Source: an uncultured Candidatus Saccharibacteria bacterium (GTDB lineage: Bacteria > Patescibacteriota > Minisyncoccia > Phycocordibacterales > UBA9973). Taken from it: a stretch of 64,000 nucleotides of DNA. Location of the stretch: the NCBI GenBank assembly GCA_964456475.1, contig CAYVZI010000003.1, positions 14,092 through 78,091 on the forward strand, in the 5' to 3' direction. Of the stretch, positions 61,881-64,000 are shown piece by piece. The position numbers were made by a program, and so were the translations under genes. How positions within the stretch are numbered: position 1 is the first letter of the stretch; every line of letters starts with the position of its first letter. Below the pieces are notes generated by a model. It saw nothing but the letters and a program-made list of their open reading frames with translations. It had not been told where the DNA came from and made no database searches.

Positions 61881-64000
61881 TTAATTTTGCATTTCTGTTG
61901 GTACATCCATAATTCCATCACCTTGTTTGATGAGTACGTCGCGTGGCTTGGCTCCGCTACCCGGACCGATCACTCCGCGCTCTTCGAGCATGTCGATGAG
62001 ACGAGCAGCGCGTGCGTATCCGACACCGAGCTTGCGCTGTAGGTATGAAGTCGAAGCTTTTCCAGCCTCAATAACGGTCATGCGAGCATCTTCGTAGAGT
62101 TCATCTTCGTTTTCGCCGTCAGAGTCAAGATTGGCGTCGAAGATTGTCTTATCTGGCGACACAGATCCTGAAAGTACGATTTCGTCGGCACCGTCTGACT
62201 CATTATGATCAATGATGAATTTCACGATTTCCTTCACTTCACCTTCGGAAATAAATGCACTTTGAAGACGTTCTGGTTGTGGTTTGTCACCAGCTGCGTA
62301 GAGCATGTCTCCGGCACCAAGAAGTTTTTCGGCTCCGCCTGTGTCGAGAATCGTACGTGAATCGATTTGGGAAGAAACTTGAAGGGCAATACGTGCTGGA
62401 ACGTTGGCTTTGATGAGACCAGTAATGACATTCACCGATGGGCGCTGTGTTGAAAGGAGAAGGTGAATACCGACAGCACGCGACATCTGAGCAAGGCGCA
62501 CAATCGCAGACTCGAGTTCTCGTGGGTAGCTCTGCATGATATCAGCCAATTCGTCGATGATGATGACTATATATGGCATTGGGTCAGCTGCAACTTCATC
62601 AGTTTTGCCTTTTTTTGCATCACCCACCACGGTCTTGTGATAGCTTTCGATGTCGCGTACTGATTCGGCTTGAAGGATGTCATATCGGCGATCCATTTCC
62701 TTGGCTGCCCATTTGAGTGCGAGGATGGCCTTCTTGGCATCAGTAATGACTGGGGTGAGAAGATGAGGGATATTCTTATATAAGGTAAGTTCCACGCGCT
62801 TCGGGTCAATCATGATGAAGCGCATCTCGTCGGGTCCGTTGCGATAGAGGAGAGATACGACAATAGAGTGAATAGTGACGGACTTTCCAGATCCAGTTGC
62901 GCCGGCGACAAGTACGTGAGGCATTTTGGCAAGATTTCCAAAATTCGCCATACCATTGATTCCTCGTCCAAGTGCCACAGTGAGCGGCTTTTCTGAATTT
63001 TTGAATTTATCATCAGACAAAAGCGTAGCCATTCCCACGATTGATTTTGCCTTGTTTGGGATTTCGATACCTACCAGACTCTTGCCTGGAATCGGGGCTT
63101 CTATACGGATTGGGTGAGCAGCGAGTGCAAGTGAGAGGTCGTTTTGAAGACCAACAATACGAGAAAGTTTTACACCTTCAGCAGGCTTGAGCGCATATCT
63201 TGTGACAGTCGGTCCGATTGTCACCTCGTCCATCTCGACTTCAATACCGAAGTTTGAAAGCGAACGTTTGATGATGTTGGCGTTGGCTTTGACATCACCC
63301 ACATTCGGTTTACCGGAATCTCGTTTGAGGAGATCGAGTGGTGGTGGCACATATGATGAATATGCTTTGCGGATTTTTTGCTTCGGCAAGATTTCCAATT
63401 CATCCATCAATGATTCATTTCCTGATGGACTTACCTCATCATCAATTTGTTGAGATTTTGGTACGGGTTGTGGTTCTGGAACTTGTGTATTGTCGTTGAC
63501 CACGAGACGCTTGTTGGCGAGTGCTTGCGCTTTGCGTGCATCGCGACGTGCCTCCCATCTTTCGATGAGACCGTTGACTATCGAAAGAGTAGGACGGGTA
63601 TCAAAAAGTACGACGAGCGAAATAATGAGAAACGCTCCAAGAAAAAGAATCGCACCAAGTGTGCCGAATGGTCGTTCGAAGATGAATCCAAAAAATTTTC
63701 CGATGACTCCACCGGCATGACTTGGATTGCTTGCAATGTCGATGAGACCAAGTGTCCCCATCAAAAAAAGTATCGAACCTACACCTTGAGTGAGTGCGAT
63801 GTGTGGTCGTCCTGTGCGTACAAAAGTGATACCAAGAAATGCACATAAGATCGGAAGAAGGACGTATCCAACACCGAACAAATATTTTCCTGCGCTGTGT
63901 ACACCAGCCCCGACTGGTCCGCCAGAACCGAATCCTGCTATTACAAAAAAAAGTGCGAGTGCGAGAAATATGACTCCGACTACGGTGTGTCTTGTCTCAT
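61881..64000 (-). CDS. ftsK: DNA translocase FtsK/SpoIIIE. The 5' end is partial: the reading frame stays open to the window edge.
   Basis: Walker A VAGATGSGKSV. C-terminal gamma-domain wHTH (TSYLQRKLGVGYARAARLIDMLEERGVIG). N-terminal TM segments continue past 63881 without a stop codon. Confidence 0.9.
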   Translation of the reverse strand, partial: ETRHTVVGVIFLALALFFVIAGFGSGGPVGAGVHSAGKYLFGVGYVLLPILCAFLGITFVRTGRPHIALTQGVGSILFLMGTLGLIDIASNPSHAGGVIGKFFGFIFERPFGTLGAILFLGAFLIISLVVLFDTRPTLSIVNGLIERWEARRDARKAQALANKRLVVNDNTQVPEPQPVPKSQQIDDEVSPSGNESLMDELEILPKQKIRKAYSSYVPPPLDLLKRDSGKPNVGDVKANANIIKRSLSNFGIEVEMDEVTIGPTVTRYALKPAEGVKLSRIVGLQNDLSLALAAHPIRIEAPIPGKSLVGIEIPNKAKSIVGMATLLSDDKFKNSEKPLTVALGRGINGMANFGNLAKMPHVLVAGATGSGKSVTIHSIVVSLLYRNGPDEMRFIMIDPKRVELTLYKNIPHLLTPVITDAKKAILALKWAAKEMDRRYDILQAESVRDIESYHKTVVGDAKKGKTDEVAADPMPYIVIIIDELADIMQSYPRELESAIVRLAQMSRAVGIHLLLSTQRPSVNVITGLIKANVPARIALQVSSQIDSRTILDTGGAEKLLGAGDMLYAAGDKPQPERLQSAFISEGEVKEIVKFIIDHNESDGADEIVLSGSVSPDKTIFDANLDSDGENEDELYEDARMTVIEAGKASTSYLQRKLGVGYARAARLIDMLEERGVIGPGSGAKPRDVLIKQGDGIMDVPTEMQN

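Overview
This 64 kb window is a gene-dense chromosomal segment of about 41-42% GC. Its gene content points to a small-genome Patescibacteria/CPR-like bacterium: rplK is not followed by rplA, and FemAB, DNPH1 and class II RNR are present. The lineage assignment is inference only. I support about 70 CDS, mostly on the + strand, and one tRNA-His (GUG) with G-1 and an encoded CCA. There are no rRNA genes and no CRISPR array.

Housekeeping content: argS, ileS, glyQS, metG-tatD, secE-nusG-rplK, rpsF-ssb-rpsR, efp, recA, a 5'-partial ftsK, a dcd/Nudix/folA/thyA operon, and a glyA/DNPH1/Tmk-like/Nudix/dut nucleotide cluster.

Unusual content:
(1) A tRNA-dependent cyclodipeptide synthase (CDPS) next to a class I SAM methyltransferase. 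The pair is bracketed by two divergent paralogous wHTH-domain proteins whose promoters carry TGACA/TGTCA palindromes.
(2) An isoleucyl-tRNA synthetase with a complete histidine-phosphatase domain of about 215 aa inserted in its catalytic core.
(3) A vitamin B12 scavenging and use island: an ECF-S-like membrane protein, AdoCbl-dependent class II RNR, PduO-type adenosyltransferase, a CobC-like histidine phosphatase, and two secreted DUF4430 proteins, one with a transcobalamin-like domain set.
(4) Several families of small repeats. These include hairpin-ended MITE-like elements sitting directly upstream of start codons and pervasive heptanucleotide tandem repeats in 5' leaders, occasionally in frame inside CDS. 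A GTAC-N5-GTAC palindrome is shared by the recA upstream region and a twice-occurring 68-nt intergenic element.
(5) Direct repeats that mark past recombination: a gene 3'-end duplication flanking a 2.8 kb two-gene segment, and a 23-nt tRNA-His 3'-end duplication.

All functional calls come from motif and family recognition in the translated ORFs and from reading the nucleotide sequence directly. No database search was run.
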